A model generated the notes under the pieces. That model was not told the origin of the DNA and did not search any database. It saw nothing but the letters and a program-made list of their open reading frames with translations. From Ramazzottius varieornatus (Eukaryota; Animalia; Tardigrada), in NCBI GenBank assembly GCA_001949185.1, contig BDGG01000002.1, forward strand, positions 1,147,481-1,211,480: 64,000 nucleotides of DNA, in the 5' to 3' direction. Within the stretch, counting starts at the first letter, position 1. Every line of letters starts with the position of its first letter. Positions 25,792-38,436 of the stretch are shown here, piece by piece. Both the position numbers and the translations under genes were made by a program.

Positions 25792-25960
25792 CAGTGTACG
25801 ACAAAATTGACCGTTAAAAATGGGCGTAATACTGCAGCTGGAGCTTGTTTACGACTCAGCCAATGAGAATTTTATTTTGCTGCATGCGCGAATTTCATTG
25901 GCTTCATCCATCTTGCTCCCTTCAACACCCATTTTTAACGGTTTATTTTGTCGTACACTG
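25792..25960. mobile_element. 169-bp Tc1/mariner-type MITE
   Basis: TA|CAGTGTACGACAAAATTGACCGTTAAAAATGGG ... CCCATTTTTAACGGTTTATTTTGTCGTACACTG|TA. Confidence 0.92.
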
Positions 25961-28659
25961 TAACATAATTACAGCCCGTTCAAGCAAAGTTTTCACCACT
26001 GCGTTTTCAAACTTGTCGGACAATTCACGATGAGTGTTTCAGGCCCAACCTTTTAGGCTACGGGTGTAGGCCCTGTTAATCAGCTACTAGAATCAACCGA
26101 AAACGAATCTTTTGAAAGTGCCGTTGGTTACCGAGAAGAAGTTATTTGGGTGAGGGTTGTCATCCGACCGAGCATCAACTTTTCTGTTTCGAATTCAAGT
26201 CTACTAAAATTCAACGTGACTTATTTTAGGCAAAAACCAGCGCGTCCGATACTAGATTAGATGCGCTATCGGTCTGCATCCGCGGTTTCTTTTCGTTGTC
26301 TCAAACAAATTTTTTCGAAGTGAAAGTCTGTTTTGGTACTGTTGGAAAAACAACGGGAAAACAAGGGTCTCCACACGACTGTTCCCGTCGAGCCTTGAGC
26401 TTTTGTGATCGGTATTTCGACTGCGGTAGTTCGATTTGGGATGTTTGGTGCTTTTCTGAAAGGGGAAAGTTGGGGCTATCGGTTAAATTGAGGACAGCTC
26501 TCAGAAATCTTTATTGGGAGAGAATCAATTTTTTCAAAGAGTGGTGACAAGTCTGCTTGAACGGATTGTATGTTCTGGTGGCCCTGGAGCAGTGTTGTTC
26601 CGATACCACAGCGGAACTAATTCAAATCCGGTCGCCCGAGTTAAGTCTACAGCGGGCCATATCGAAATTGATTTCTGCATTATGCACTAAGATATTTTGT
26701 ATCGGAACAACACAGCCCTGGAGATATCTTCTATCAGATACTGCACAGTCTACTCGTTCGAGATGTGTTACCTACTTTCACGGTTTTAATTCTGGGCCCG
26801 CCTTACACTCACCATAACGCATGCCAAGCCAACATTCAAAATTACATAAGATGTACATAACACCCTGCTTCGACCGATGTAATCAAGTAATCAAGTCGCA
26901 TGCGTCTAGCTAAGCTGCGGCATGGCGAGCAGGCTCGTTAATTTTCCTCATCTTTCGGTTTTCGAAACCGTGAAAGTAGGTAACACATCTTGAACGAGTG
27001 GACTGTATTCGTTGTTTACCACAGCATGGAAAGATATCAAGTTTTTCCGGCTCTGCCTGACAGAATGTGCAGGACGAATGTTTTTGCTAGAGTTTGACCA
27101 TTGAGTTCTGTTGAAACACGTGTTACGTGAAAGCACATACGCTTTTGAGCATCACCCGTATAGAAAGCCGTTACTGTAGATGACACTACCAAGCGTGTAA
27201 TCTTCACACTGTGTCCTGAAAGGTGCATTTCGTTTTAGCGAAATTCGATGGTAGTTTCAAAGATAGTGACGAGGCAGGAAAACCGGATAACCCTAACCCA
27301 TTACGTCGAGTGTACGCCAGTATGCAGTGTGTACTTTGACTTCAGGTCATTCGAGAGAGCGCCAGAAGTCTCATTGCCATACGCCCTACGCAGTTCCCGT
27401 TTACGGCTTTCCGGTCTCAGCTTTTGCGAGTCGAAGAGCGGAAAGCGCTCCTGTATCACGTGGCACCTGAACCCGAAAACCAGGTACTTGGACATTTTGC
27501 TGTGGTTCTAGTGTTGTTACAAGGCATAAGGTTGACTTTGTGGGATTTTCTTCGTTATTAACACCTTTCATTTTCGATTCTGCAGTGTGACGAATACAAC
27601 TTTGCGTGCTACGAAGCCGTGTTAGCAGTTACCCGGGTATGTACTCCATATAGAAATTCATGGTACACGCTCCTGCTCTATGTTTCGGCATGCCTGCAAT
27701 CTCAACCAGCGATTTCGTAACCGGCGGCTTCGCATCACTTCTTCTCTCGAAGTGCAGCTTGCGGCTCGTATGCTGGTCCGAAATTTTCATCCATGCCGAG
27801 ACATGAGCTGGGCCCATGTACACTGTGAAACCAGTCGACGCAAAGCGGAGTGATACATGCCATAGTGAAAAAGGTCTGAGCGGTAGGGCACTTTAGACGT
27901 ACTTAAGTTGACGTCCCACTGCTTAAAGTTATAGCCGATCGGCGTACAACATTTCTGACCCTATCGTTCAGCCGCTGCATCTCTTGTGACGGTATTGTAC
28001 GAGTGTTGTACGATAGCGTATGTATATGTGCAGCTCACAGCCGCGCTCAGCCAACACGGCCACAATGGAAGCATTATGCCTCAATGAACTAAGTTACCGT
28101 TAAGAGCTCGCCGAACACTCGTATGATTTAGCACTTTACTGCAGCAGGGCGAACTCTTCCGCGTTCGAGTTCTATGTTTACAGTCAGTTATCGATCAAAG
28201 CAGTCAAAGGTTCTGACAAGAAAACTTTTACGTCAGCCAGCACCGGCATCAAACGTGCTGCAACGTCATGGTTTAAATGATCAATTAAAACCCTAGCCCA
28301 AGAAAGAGCCTGCACTTAACGTGCCTTGCGCTACGCACCGACCCTGATAGGCTCTGACTTTTTCGTATGGAGAAGTACGTCTGTATAATTATGTGAGTTG
28401 GTTGATGCTGTCTGCTTATGTGGCGGAACCAGATGTATCTGCGCTATCGCTCCGATTTCGATGGATGAACCGGACCATCTGCATAATCCCGTGTTTGCCA
28501 TCTTCCGGTTTCGCACTCTTAGGAAAATATTGAATAGCTTGCAGTGAGATGTTAGTGGGGTGTAACAGTACCAGGATCTGTTCACAGGCACGCCATCCGT
28601 CGTTGCACGTTGTGCACGCTGAGCTATCAGGATTGCATTGCAGTAGTGTCCGATTGTTT

Positions 28660-29275
28660 GTTTTCGCAGTAGAGCAGTACGCCGCAGTTCAAAGAGTGCA
28701 CTGCAGCTTTGCTGCGCTCCTCACCCGGTTACGGTGCGCTGCGCTGCGCTGCATAACTTTTTTCAGCTAGTGGCAGGGCAGCTGTGCTGTGGCTGCACAG
28801 TAACCTGGTGCAACTGCGTGGCACACTGATTAGTTCATACGATTGCAGTAAAATCGGTGGCCGACCAAAAAACGTCAGCTTAAAATACGGTGGAACTCAG
28901 AAGTCCGAATATCAGACAGCCCAATGTTTCGATAAGTACAGTGTACGCCGATATAGTCATTCTAAACTGAGCGGAGTTTTTGAGCGTGATTTCCCTGCAT
29001 GACGTAGAATGAAAAGCCGATTGCAATCAAGAAATCAGAAGGCTATAGCTGTGTCAGCGTTCGATTGGTTAACCCCACCCAGACCAACGCCCAGATTGGG
29101 GTGACCATATTGGCGTACACTGTATCAGTGCGTGCATCTGCTCGGCAGCATCAGCTCTTAGCTGCATGCTGCACTGTGCTGTACAGATTTGGTCAACCCT
29201 ACGCTACTGCTGTGCTGCAGCACAACACAGCTGCAGTGCCGTACAGCTCATGCGACCACATTCCGTGCTCTACCT
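28660..29275 (+). mobile_element. Non-coding remnant related to the left subterminal region of the 57.3-61.8 kb transposon
   Basis: Shares AGTAGAGCA..GCCGCAG, GCAGCTGTGCTG, ACCTGGTGCAACTGCG, TGCATCTGC, GCTGTGCTGCAGCACA and CATGCG.CCA.ATTC.GTGCTCTA, in the same order as 57660-58110. Confidence 0.7.
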
Positions 29276-29739
29276 TACAGTTCTGCTCCGAACCTTCCAA
29301 CCCGTTTGCTTACTTGCTCACCTTCAGCTCCGGAGGACTCAAGACCAAAACCAGACTTCAGAATAAACCTGGCCAGAACGCCAAGTTCTAGCTTCGCATT
29401 CACCAAATGTTTTCCTCGAGCCGAACCAAACTGAAAGGGGCAGGAAATTACTTAAAACGACCAACCTTTTATGAAACTTGCCCCGATAAGCAGTGGGACC
29501 ATTAATTTTCGCTGAATAAGTCAATGACAATTATGGTACACGGGCCTGGCCTGAATGTGGGGATGGACAAAAATGTGGGGAACGGAGCGAAAGCGACACG
29601 AGCCAGCCGTGGTGANNNNNNNNNNNNNNNNNNNNNNNNNNNNNNNNNNNNNNNNNNNNNNNNNNCACATTTAGGCCAGGCGCGTGTATGTATAAAACTG
29701 AAAGCAAACACACTATGCTCACCAGTGTTAGTTTCTTCA

Positions 29740-30770
29740 GATAGTGAACAAGTCATGCGACCTACCAAGAACGTCCGACTGTTACAGTGGGACCTACTTG
29801 GCGAAACAGCTTTTAAACACAACCTACAACAGTTCATTGTGGCCAATATCTATCAGCTCTACCGGTATCAGAACGCTCATGGTGGAAGCTCAAATGTTCG
29901 ACAACGAGACCGAAACCTTTACGGTATTTTACCTTTTACCGGTTTCAGGACTTGACTTACAAAGTTCGAGGATGCGTGAAGATTCTCATTATAAAACTCT
30001 ATAGGCCGTCATGAGTATGAACTCGGTAGAGAAGATTCTCCGAACAGAAACAGCCGTCCGTTGGATACTGGGCAGAACACCGGTTGATCGACAGCCTTGC
30101 TGGCCAAACGACGAGTGTGAAAAAGAAAGATACTCGTCGCTGTATTCGTTGCTGGTTTTACTCGGTTTTTCACTTATCGGATGGGTTTTTGGCAGGCTCC
30201 TTTGGTGAGTAGCATTTCTTGGAAACTAGAACTGAAACACTATTAGGTGAACATAGCGTACTTGTCAATGGAAAATCGCATTGCGAAGTTGTCAGCCTGT
30301 TGCCTCGCCCGCCGTAACTAATGAAAGGCGATACGCACGCTCCCAGCGGCTCGCTGGAAAAACTTCCCACAGGCTTTTAAACATTAGAGAAACTTCTCTC
30401 CCTTCAAAACCCACAAGGGACTTCTGTATTTACTCAGCTTCTGGACCGATACGTTTAAATTCCGCAAGGTTTTTCTGTCTATGGAACCGAGATGCAGGCA
30501 AAACAGCTCAGTACTGCGTGGAATCCGATGCTGACAACTTTGCCATGCGATTTCAGATTGACAAGTCCGCTATGTTCACTTCATATGCATTAACAGAACT
30601 GTACTGACGAACTCGTGCTTCGGTCGAACTCTTCTAGGCTCCAGTGGATATACTTTGAAGGATATTTCATAGCAAGCTGGTGGAGGATTGATTCCTGGGA
30701 GATGAATTTCTGCTTCAAGAAGACGAGGCTTGGACGAGTGTACTCGGAAATTCTAGTCTCCACCCTAGCT
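29740..30770 (+). pseudogene. Membrane-proximal ECD, TM helix and short tail of an ANF-receptor-type gene
   Basis: VRWILGRTPVDRQPCWPNDEC (W..G..P.D.P.C motif), then hydrophobic LYSLLVLLGFSLIGWVF, donor GTGAGT at ~30205, and a later exon SWWRIDSWEM; in-frame TAG at 30002. Confidence 0.6.
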
Positions 30771-33008
30771 CCCTAGAACTGACAGCAGTTGGTCTTCATC
30801 CACAATAATTTGAATAATTGAAGGACGAACTGGCTCAGCGAACCAGTCCCTGCTTCCTATCAACTCCATAACAAAGAAACTCGGACAGAGTCGCGGCACA
30901 AAACATTGTGGTTAATCGGTCCACATCACGGGTCCTCGGGTCAGAGTTTCCCAGAAAACACCGAAAAAGTGTGCCGGGCAGACCGGTCAGGCTGATTGGC
31001 TCGATCGAGGTTCGCAAATATAGAACTCGGCTTTTCACCGAAACTTAGTCAGTGCGTGTCCACATAAATTGACGCTCAGTTCAGTCAGTTCATTACCAGT
31101 TCAGCTTTCCAACGCAAGAATTCCACCGTTCCAAATCCTCTCCCCTTGGAACGGAGAGGAATTCTGGAAAGTAACGGAATATGGAAAGGAATGGAATTAG
31201 GAATGCACAACCTTACCTAGAAGAACTCAACCTTCGCGCCCTCTCCTATCTCATGCCTAAAATAACCAACACGGTACACCATTTGTGCAAAGCTCCCTCT
31301 CCTCATTACGTAGACAACTAGTGTTGTGAAAAACCGCAATAGTTGCGCCTCCCATCATGGGAACCGACGAGCTGACTGATGTCATCCGTCCAGTCCACCG
31401 CCCTGGTCGATCTGGCGGGGCAATGGGCGACCGACGAACGGAGGCGCTGTCCAAAAGAATCCAAGGACGCGAGCGTCGGCCTTTAGCTACCAAAGACGGT
31501 ATCTCCTCCAAAACCTTCCGTGACAAGACTCCGTGGCGCATCCCTTGACAGATCCATCATTGGCGAACGTCCAGCGAAACCGCTTACCCGCGCCTTGGCT
31601 GCCGCGATCGACGCAGCGAGTTTCACCAGCTCGCGATCCCAGCTGGCCGCCCCACCCACTGGAATGGGGAATAACCTGCGATATCTGTGAGTAGCGTCGT
31701 ATTTCACCGATATGGTCAAACATGTTACGCGAAACGCGGAACAGCCGACAAATATAGAAGATTATATGCTGCGCGAAGAACCTCTTGATAACTGGTCTTA
31801 CAGCTCGCTAGAAAGTGGCGGCTACCGCGGGTTGGGATCCACGTCCAAGATGTAGCCTGTCGCGACAGCTGCGCTCGGTTCCATTCGATTCGCAATCTAC
31901 GTATGCAAACGCCAGCCGAACGATGTTATACTGTTAGTGAATTCGTTAAGAGTTGAGCCAGACTCCATTTGCTGCTCTTGAAAGTTGTCGTGATACTCTG
32001 AGTCTATTGGTCTTTCTATCAGTAATGAAAATCATACTGTTCGAGTCAACACCATCCAAGTGTTCATCCCGAAAATATCTATTGCGCTCCCTACCCTAAT
32101 TGGTCACCGTATACAATATTTCAGCTAAGCCAACGTGACCAGCATTAACGATGTTCGCTCTGAATTTTGATACATTTCAGACGAATCAAAAGGCATGACT
32201 TGTTTCGAATTCGACTATTCAGATAGTTCGCAAGCTGCTGATGTTGCGAGTCATCGATTTCCTGGCACATCCTTTATTGAGTGGGTAGGATCGCTTTACT
32301 GTTTTCCACGAACAAAATGAAGAGGCTTAGTCTACATTCTACAAGAGATAGTCACCGACGTAGAACATGCTCGGTACAGTTCGAACCCGCCATAGGGATG
32401 TTTTTGAAAAAGACACATCTAATCTTTTCAGTGCAACTAGCATTAGCAAGCAATATCCGCCATTGCGCCTTAAACACATTGTAGGTTAGTCGATAGATTA
32501 AGCGTCTGATAAGCCGGAATACAGTAGGATGAGGATGTGCCTCTTTTCCGCATGCTGGCAGTCATCATGACGCACATTTTACCAACAAGGACTTCTGCAA
32601 CTGGCTCTTTTATTCAGCGAAACAAGACAACTATAGTATCTGTGATACGCACAACTCGACGAACATCAGGTTATTGAATTCTGAGACTGAATTGACCGGC
32701 TCATCAACGGATTTCCAATGATAGCGCTTTGTCAGCATCCACCGATGCTGTGCTGGCTGTAATGTACTGTTGCCTTAAATACCAGCCTACGCCCTTGCCA
32801 TACAATGCATCCCCAGCGGCTGCTGTTGCATTCGGACGTCGAACTGTGTGGCATTTGTCCGCTTTGGAAAATTTCCGAAGCAACGTCTTCATCGAAATGA
32901 CGACCGGATAATGACGATCACATTAAGGTGTATAAACCCTCCCGTACGAGTTACTTTTTCCTATCACGTACGTTTTTGACCACCGGTTTTTCCCATCTGA
33001 ACGAGAAG

Positions 33009-34073
33009 ATGGGATCGTGTAACGATTCATTTGTCAATCTGACAGCGAGAGACACGAGCAACAACTGCACGCAAACCAACGCCACCATAGCGGAAAGCGT
33101 TGTAGGTTATTACCCCTATGCTGAGGTCGCTGGATGGATCCTTCTCGCCATCGGTGTGGGGACAGTTTTTTCCAACGCCATCTTTTTGTTGGTCTACTGG
33201 AGAAACTCCAGTTCATCCCTACACACACCTTTCAACGTGTACGTGTCGAATTTGGCCATATCGGATTTCGTTATTAGCATCTTCACTACTCCCGGCAACT
33301 TTGCCCTATTTGCGCTGAATAGGTGGCCATTTAGCAGTGCGTTCTGCACTCTCCACCTTTACGTGTACTGGAACTGGTACACTACCTCCCTCCAATATCA
33401 TATGTTGATATCGCTTAATCGACTATGGGCCATCTGTTTTCCGCATCACTACAGGACACACCACACTAAACGCCTGGCGGTTTCGTTGTGTACGGCGACG
33501 TGCCTCTATGCGCATGTCTGGACTCTGATTGGTCTTATACCCGACGCCCTTTACTACCGGACGGAGAACGAGCGCGAATGCTCCGTGAATGTGGAACTAC
33601 AGCCTTTGTGGTCGGCTCTATACCTTTTCACCCTCTATACCTTCCCAGAAGTTGTCGTCATAGTGGTCTATCCCGTCATTAGTTGGAAAGTTGCTCAACG
33701 ACGAAAGGTCAAAGCTCGAAACAATCCAAAGAGCGCTCTGTCGGCATCGGGTCCAGGAGGAACTGCTGCTGAGGGACCTGTACGACAGTCGGTGCCTGTT
33801 AGCCAACAAGGGCATCTTCGGGGAGAAAGCCGTCTGTCTGGACCGCGGACATCTCACTTCAAAGTCTTAACATATCTCGTTATGGCAAACGTCATATTCT
33901 GGACTCCGAACGGCACTTATTTTGTCCTTGCAAGCACAATGAATTTTTCTAATTTCAGCTACTATACCTTTACATTGGTGTTACTCAGTATCAGCCCTCT
34001 GATCACCCCTCTCACTTATCCGTTGGCGTCAAAGGACTGGCGAGAAGCGTTCAAACGCCTACTAGTCCGCTGA
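33009..34073 (+). CDS. Intronless orphan class A (rhodopsin-like) GPCR, 354 aa
   Basis: N-glycosylation sequons in the N-terminus; TM1 N, TM2 NLAISD, WPFSSAFC, TM3 SLNRL, TM6 FWTP, TM7 ITPLTY, helix 8 WREAFKRL. Confidence 0.9.
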   Translation: MGSCNDSFVNLTARDTSNNCTQTNATIAESVVGYYPYAEVAGWILLAIGVGTVFSNAIFLLVYWRNSSSSLHTPFNVYVSNLAISDFVISIFTTPGNFALFALNRWPFSSAFCTLHLYVYWNWYTTSLQYHMLISLNRLWAICFPHHYRTHHTKRLAVSLCTATCLYAHVWTLIGLIPDALYYRTENERECSVNVELQPLWSALYLFTLYTFPEVVVIVVYPVISWKVAQRRKVKARNNPKSALSASGPGGTAAEGPVRQSVPVSQQGHLRGESRLSGPRTSHFKVLTYLVMANVIFWTPNGTYFVLASTMNFSNFSYYTFTLVLLSISPLITPLTYPLASKDWREAFKRLLVR

Positions 34074-34589
34074 CGTCTCTCCTCCGACGGTAACCAATCT
34101 TGTTTTGAATACCAATGTTCGTTATTATATAGAGGGCTTTCAAAGGTTACTACTGATGTCAAAGGTTTTGATTACAAAAAGGTTGGTCGTCCGGACTGAA
34201 AGCTCCGCAGTGATCACGTCTGATTAAATTTCTGAGGCATTAACGTTTCACCGGTTCCTCAGATATGGACCCAAGGATATCAAAGCGGAGCGCCCTTTTT
34301 CTATTTACATGCGAGGTGGAATCATTTTTTTATTGCAGATTGTGAACAGAAAACAACGGCTTCAAAGAAACGTTCAAGAAAGCCCAGCCAATTGAGCGTT
34401 AGCGGAAATAACCGTGCGTCCAGTGTAGCCATATCATCACAACATGTTTTACTCGACGATACCTACGTTGTCCTCTGTCTTACGCTGCTACATATTATTT
34501 TAGACCTTTGAAGTAAGGTTTCTTCGCGCATCGACACTCAGGCTGGGTTAAAAGAGAGATTGATCAGTCAAGTAAGCGATACCAAAGAA

Positions 34590-34936
34590 TCTGATTCCCA
34601 CCAGTATGACCCTGTATGGGCTCGCACGCGTAAACTTAGCCCTGGGTACAGACGGGCGGTTGGTCCAGTCATACAACGTCCACTTGCAATCAAAAGGGGA
34701 ACTCACTTATAATCAGACAATCAGTGGACGTCGATGCAATATTAACGACACTTCAGGCATTTTCAGCCATCTTGCCAGTGGATTTCGGGCACTGTTGCAG
34801 TCATTGATTGTCTAATCGCGAAACATATCCCGTTTTGATTGTGGGTAGACGTTGTTTGACTGGACAACCGCACGCCTGTACCCAGGGCTAAGTTTACGCG
34901 TACGATCCTATACAGGGTCATACTGATGGAAACCAG
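34590..34936. mobile_element. ~345-bp MITE with ~110-bp TIRs
   Basis: CAGTATGACCCTGTATGGGCTCGCACGCGTAAACTTAGCCCTGGGTACAG is inverted with CTGTACCCAGGGCTAAGTTTACGCGTACGATCCTATACAGGGTCATACTG. Confidence 0.88.
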
Positions 34937-36178
34937 AGATACAGCAGTGTCAGCTGATCTTCCCCAGTAGCGGGATGATCAAGAGCTGATCCGCACTTTC
35001 TGCAACGGCCATTCGATCCCCATGATGGACAACTATAGTCAAAGAGAAGATTTTAGCTCGATTGGAATCTTCTCTGAACTTGGGGAGACGAAATTGAAAA
35101 GTATGGTACCCCTGCATCGGAGCTTACAGTGTTGCACCATGTCGAAGCTCAAGTATTCATTCAACGGCGCTTGCCCAGGTACCACGAAACAGATGGCGAT
35201 AGCCTCGCCTTTCCTCGGGGCCTGTGAGCCGAGTGTTGCACAGTTCGGGATCCCAGTTCGGACTTCCAGGAACAGAATGCGATGCTTGCGATCGAAGGTC
35301 GTATCACGGCTTGCCAGTTCGTGTCTTTCAGTAGGCCCTCAGGCAGTATGTCTCGCTCGTCGTCAACAAGAGGAGCTGCCACAGGGTAGCAGTTAAATCC
35401 CCGGAGCATGACTGCAAGACAAAAAGTTACTCAAGGTACTCTACCGGATGCTCTTATAAACTTCGGTTTTCAAATTAATTAATTAGTTCTCGTTTGTTCA
35501 AACCATGTGCGCAAAGTGCAACTTCTCTATTCGAAAAGCTTATCTGGATTACATTAAAGACTTTCTCAAAAAATTCATCTCGCCGAAACGAAGCTCTGGT
35601 AGGCAAAAAAGTGGTCGAACCCTATTTGGGCGCTCAGTGTCTCTGACAGCAGAAAATTCGCTGAACGGTTCTCTCGTATCTTTGCCATGAACACCAGAAT
35701 ACCGAAAAACAAAGAAAAACCTGCTGTACCGGACAGTTTGCCCACGCAAACCCTGTTGTTGAGAATTATTAGACTTTTATGAAGAAGAGTCTTTTAACAT
35801 GAAAAAACTGGGAAGATTTTCGGATGGCTATTTCTCAAACCCGATCATGTGTCGTCATGTGGCCTCGATACCGAAAAATAACCAGACATAAGTAGTAACA
35901 GGACACCGTAAACCTCGCCCACAAAACGGCGGAGAGAAAAATAGAGTTTGATCCAAGGCTGTGCTCCTAGGCGCACGACGACAACTTTGGCGAGTTTTGA
36001 TGACTTTGTCAGAAAAATTCCCCGGCAACTCTGGAGCATGATATTTGGTCATGGATAAATGACCAGATAGTACCAGTAATGGACTACCTTGGACAAAAAT
36101 AACTCGTCGAAAATACTCTTCACGATGGAGCTTTCCCGTCTTGAAGAGGTGATATACCAGGAAAACTCTAAGGGTGAT

Positions 36179-37052
36179 GCCATAGGCACCCCTATCACAC
36201 CCCGTCTAGCTATTGGCACCCTGGTTCAATTCATTAATTCAAACAACCCTTTAATGCGATATCACTACGGACACCCCAGTTTTTGAAATCATTCTTTCAT
36301 TCAGAATTTTTTGGCCAGATGTACGCCGTGTTACAACTGAATGTACTGTGGTATCTTGACCACCCTGCTGTAGTAATCTTCCCCATCCCAGTGTACTAAC
36401 TTTGAAAACTACTGTTTATGGTTGTAGAAAACTACTGGCAAGGGCTTCACGGGTTTCGCAGATCTTACGATCATTGGCTCGTGTCACCCAGATTCGTGTA
36501 GACCACGTAAAACTTCAGCTCTCTCAGATATACGGGACAGAAACTCGGGATGTGACCGTAGAGTTCCCATCAGTTCAATTGCAACCTTACGGGAGTAATT
36601 TATATGGCTCATTGGTGTGTAGTTTCATGGCGGAGGTCGTGCAGACCAAGAACCCAAGTGGATCACTGTTTGTGAAAGGACAACAACGCGAATGGTTAGC
36701 CAGTGCAATTGAAACCGGAACGTACTCGACGTGCGACCAACGCTGTAGCCGAAGGCCAAAAAACGAGCGGACTTTAGTGAACCCTCACCTGATTATTACA
36801 GTAGATGAAGCTGTCGCAATTCGAGTCAGGCTTGATAGCATGCTCGCCAATAGACCCATTGTGGGATGGGGCGCTTGATAAAAACATGGTTTCTGCCTTT
36901 CGAAGATGGTTTCTGCCTCTGACAAGATTGTCAGTAGAATTCTGGGTGTCGATAGCTATTTACCGGATTAGGGGTTTCCTAATTAGTGAATTGAATAGGG
37001 GTGCGATTGGGGTACCTATAGCCAAACGGGGTTTTGAGGGCTGCCTATAGCC
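36179..37052 (+). mobile_element. Degenerate TIR element carrying a Ulp1/C48-like protease remnant (ORF 36402-36878)
   Basis: GCCATAGGCACCCCT..ACCCCGTCTAGCTAT..TTCAATTCATTAATT is inverted with AATTAGTGAATTGAA..ATAGCCAAACGGGGT..AGGGCTGCCTATAGC; internal VQLQPYGSNLYGSLVCSFMAE...NP...F...QREWL. Confidence 0.65.
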
Positions 37053-38436
37053 ATTTCCAAACTCTAAACCATTAATTTGTAGCGAATTTAGTCTGCTGTG
37101 TCACTTCAGGATTTTTGTCTTCACGTTGTCTGCTTAGATTAGCCTTTTCCGTACGAGTATCAATGAGGCACGAGTTGCAGACTCCCTGATTAAGTTCTTA
37201 GACACACTTCTATGACAGGTGCTCTGGGACGTGAAATGAATTAGCCTACGGAAATTCGCCTGAAGTTAGATCTCGCTGGCATCCCTTCTTTGGTATACAA
37301 AATCAAGGCCACTTTTTGGTAGTTCTCAAGAAACAAGAAAAGGTTGAATCAAAGAAGCGGAGGATTTTTCATGAGAGAAAACCGACAGAGGGACAAGTTG
37401 GCTGTTACAGACTGTAACAGAGGATACTCTACCTAAACCGCAAGCAAGCAATGCAGATATATCCACCAAATCTGGCATGTTTCGTAGATCTGCGAGATTC
37501 ACAGAAGAGGGTGTAATCAGCTAGCTGCAGAATGAAGACTTTGTCAATGGTGTTTCTGCTTGTTGACTGCACATGTTTTTAATAGGAAAATGGATGAGCC
37601 TAAAATAGTATGTAATTTGGGCGGAGTGAGGGAGAATGGTTTAATATTCGATTGCTCTTTGGAACACCACCTCAGAGATAGCGCTTTTAGTAAACAATAA
37701 GCTAATAGGTGTGGGGCATCTCATGCGAAAGGTCATATTGAACAGCACACTGTGGTCGGAAGCAGCACCATCCCATCTTCATAGTTCTATTTGATTCCCA
37801 GCTGTTGTTTCCTTGTTATTACCTTCATCCTTATGGTGTGGAAAGGACGTTCAGGTCCATTTAGAGGATGGTTTCCTTAAAATTTCACTCGTTCTCCATT
37901 TGCGATCCATTTCAATCTCAGATTTATTGCATGACGAGGCGTAAGTGCTAAGGTACACCCCGCTGTGTCCAGATGAGTTAAAAAAGTGTTAAACCTACAG
38001 AAACGTACAAAACTTGCGCAATACTCATGGGAATTATTAGGTTAACCAAAATCTTCTCCAAAAAGGGTAAAATCATATGCAAGTCGACCTGACTATTTTG
38101 TTTGGTCGTTTATCCGAGGCTTCGCTGAAATCGTCCAGTCATCAATCAAAAACGTATCTAGGTTCCTGGAAGGTCCGCATCTCGGCTCTTTTTCTACGAA
38201 GTGGCCTCTCAGACCGGTGCCTCGCGTAGCCCTGAGTGCTATTCCGTGGAAACACTGTAGAGAAAGGGCAAAATTGTGGACCCTTCAGGCACGTCAGTAC
38301 GTCATTGTCCTCAATCAACTTGCTGAATGGCCGCCTCCATTCGATATTTCGGTCTGCTGACCGTCGGCTCGAACATCGGTCGAAATACATGGTCTGGGTG
38401 ACCGCACAGTCACGCTCATGGGTCGTGGGTAACCAT

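Noticed and set aside
31110-31205. TTCC/GGAA-rich quasi-palindrome with GGAAT repeats
   Set aside because: Short low-complexity sequence; too degenerate to call
31250-31900. GC-richer stretch with overlapping short ORFs, possibly a gag remnant
   Set aside because: Stops in all frames and no recognisable motif
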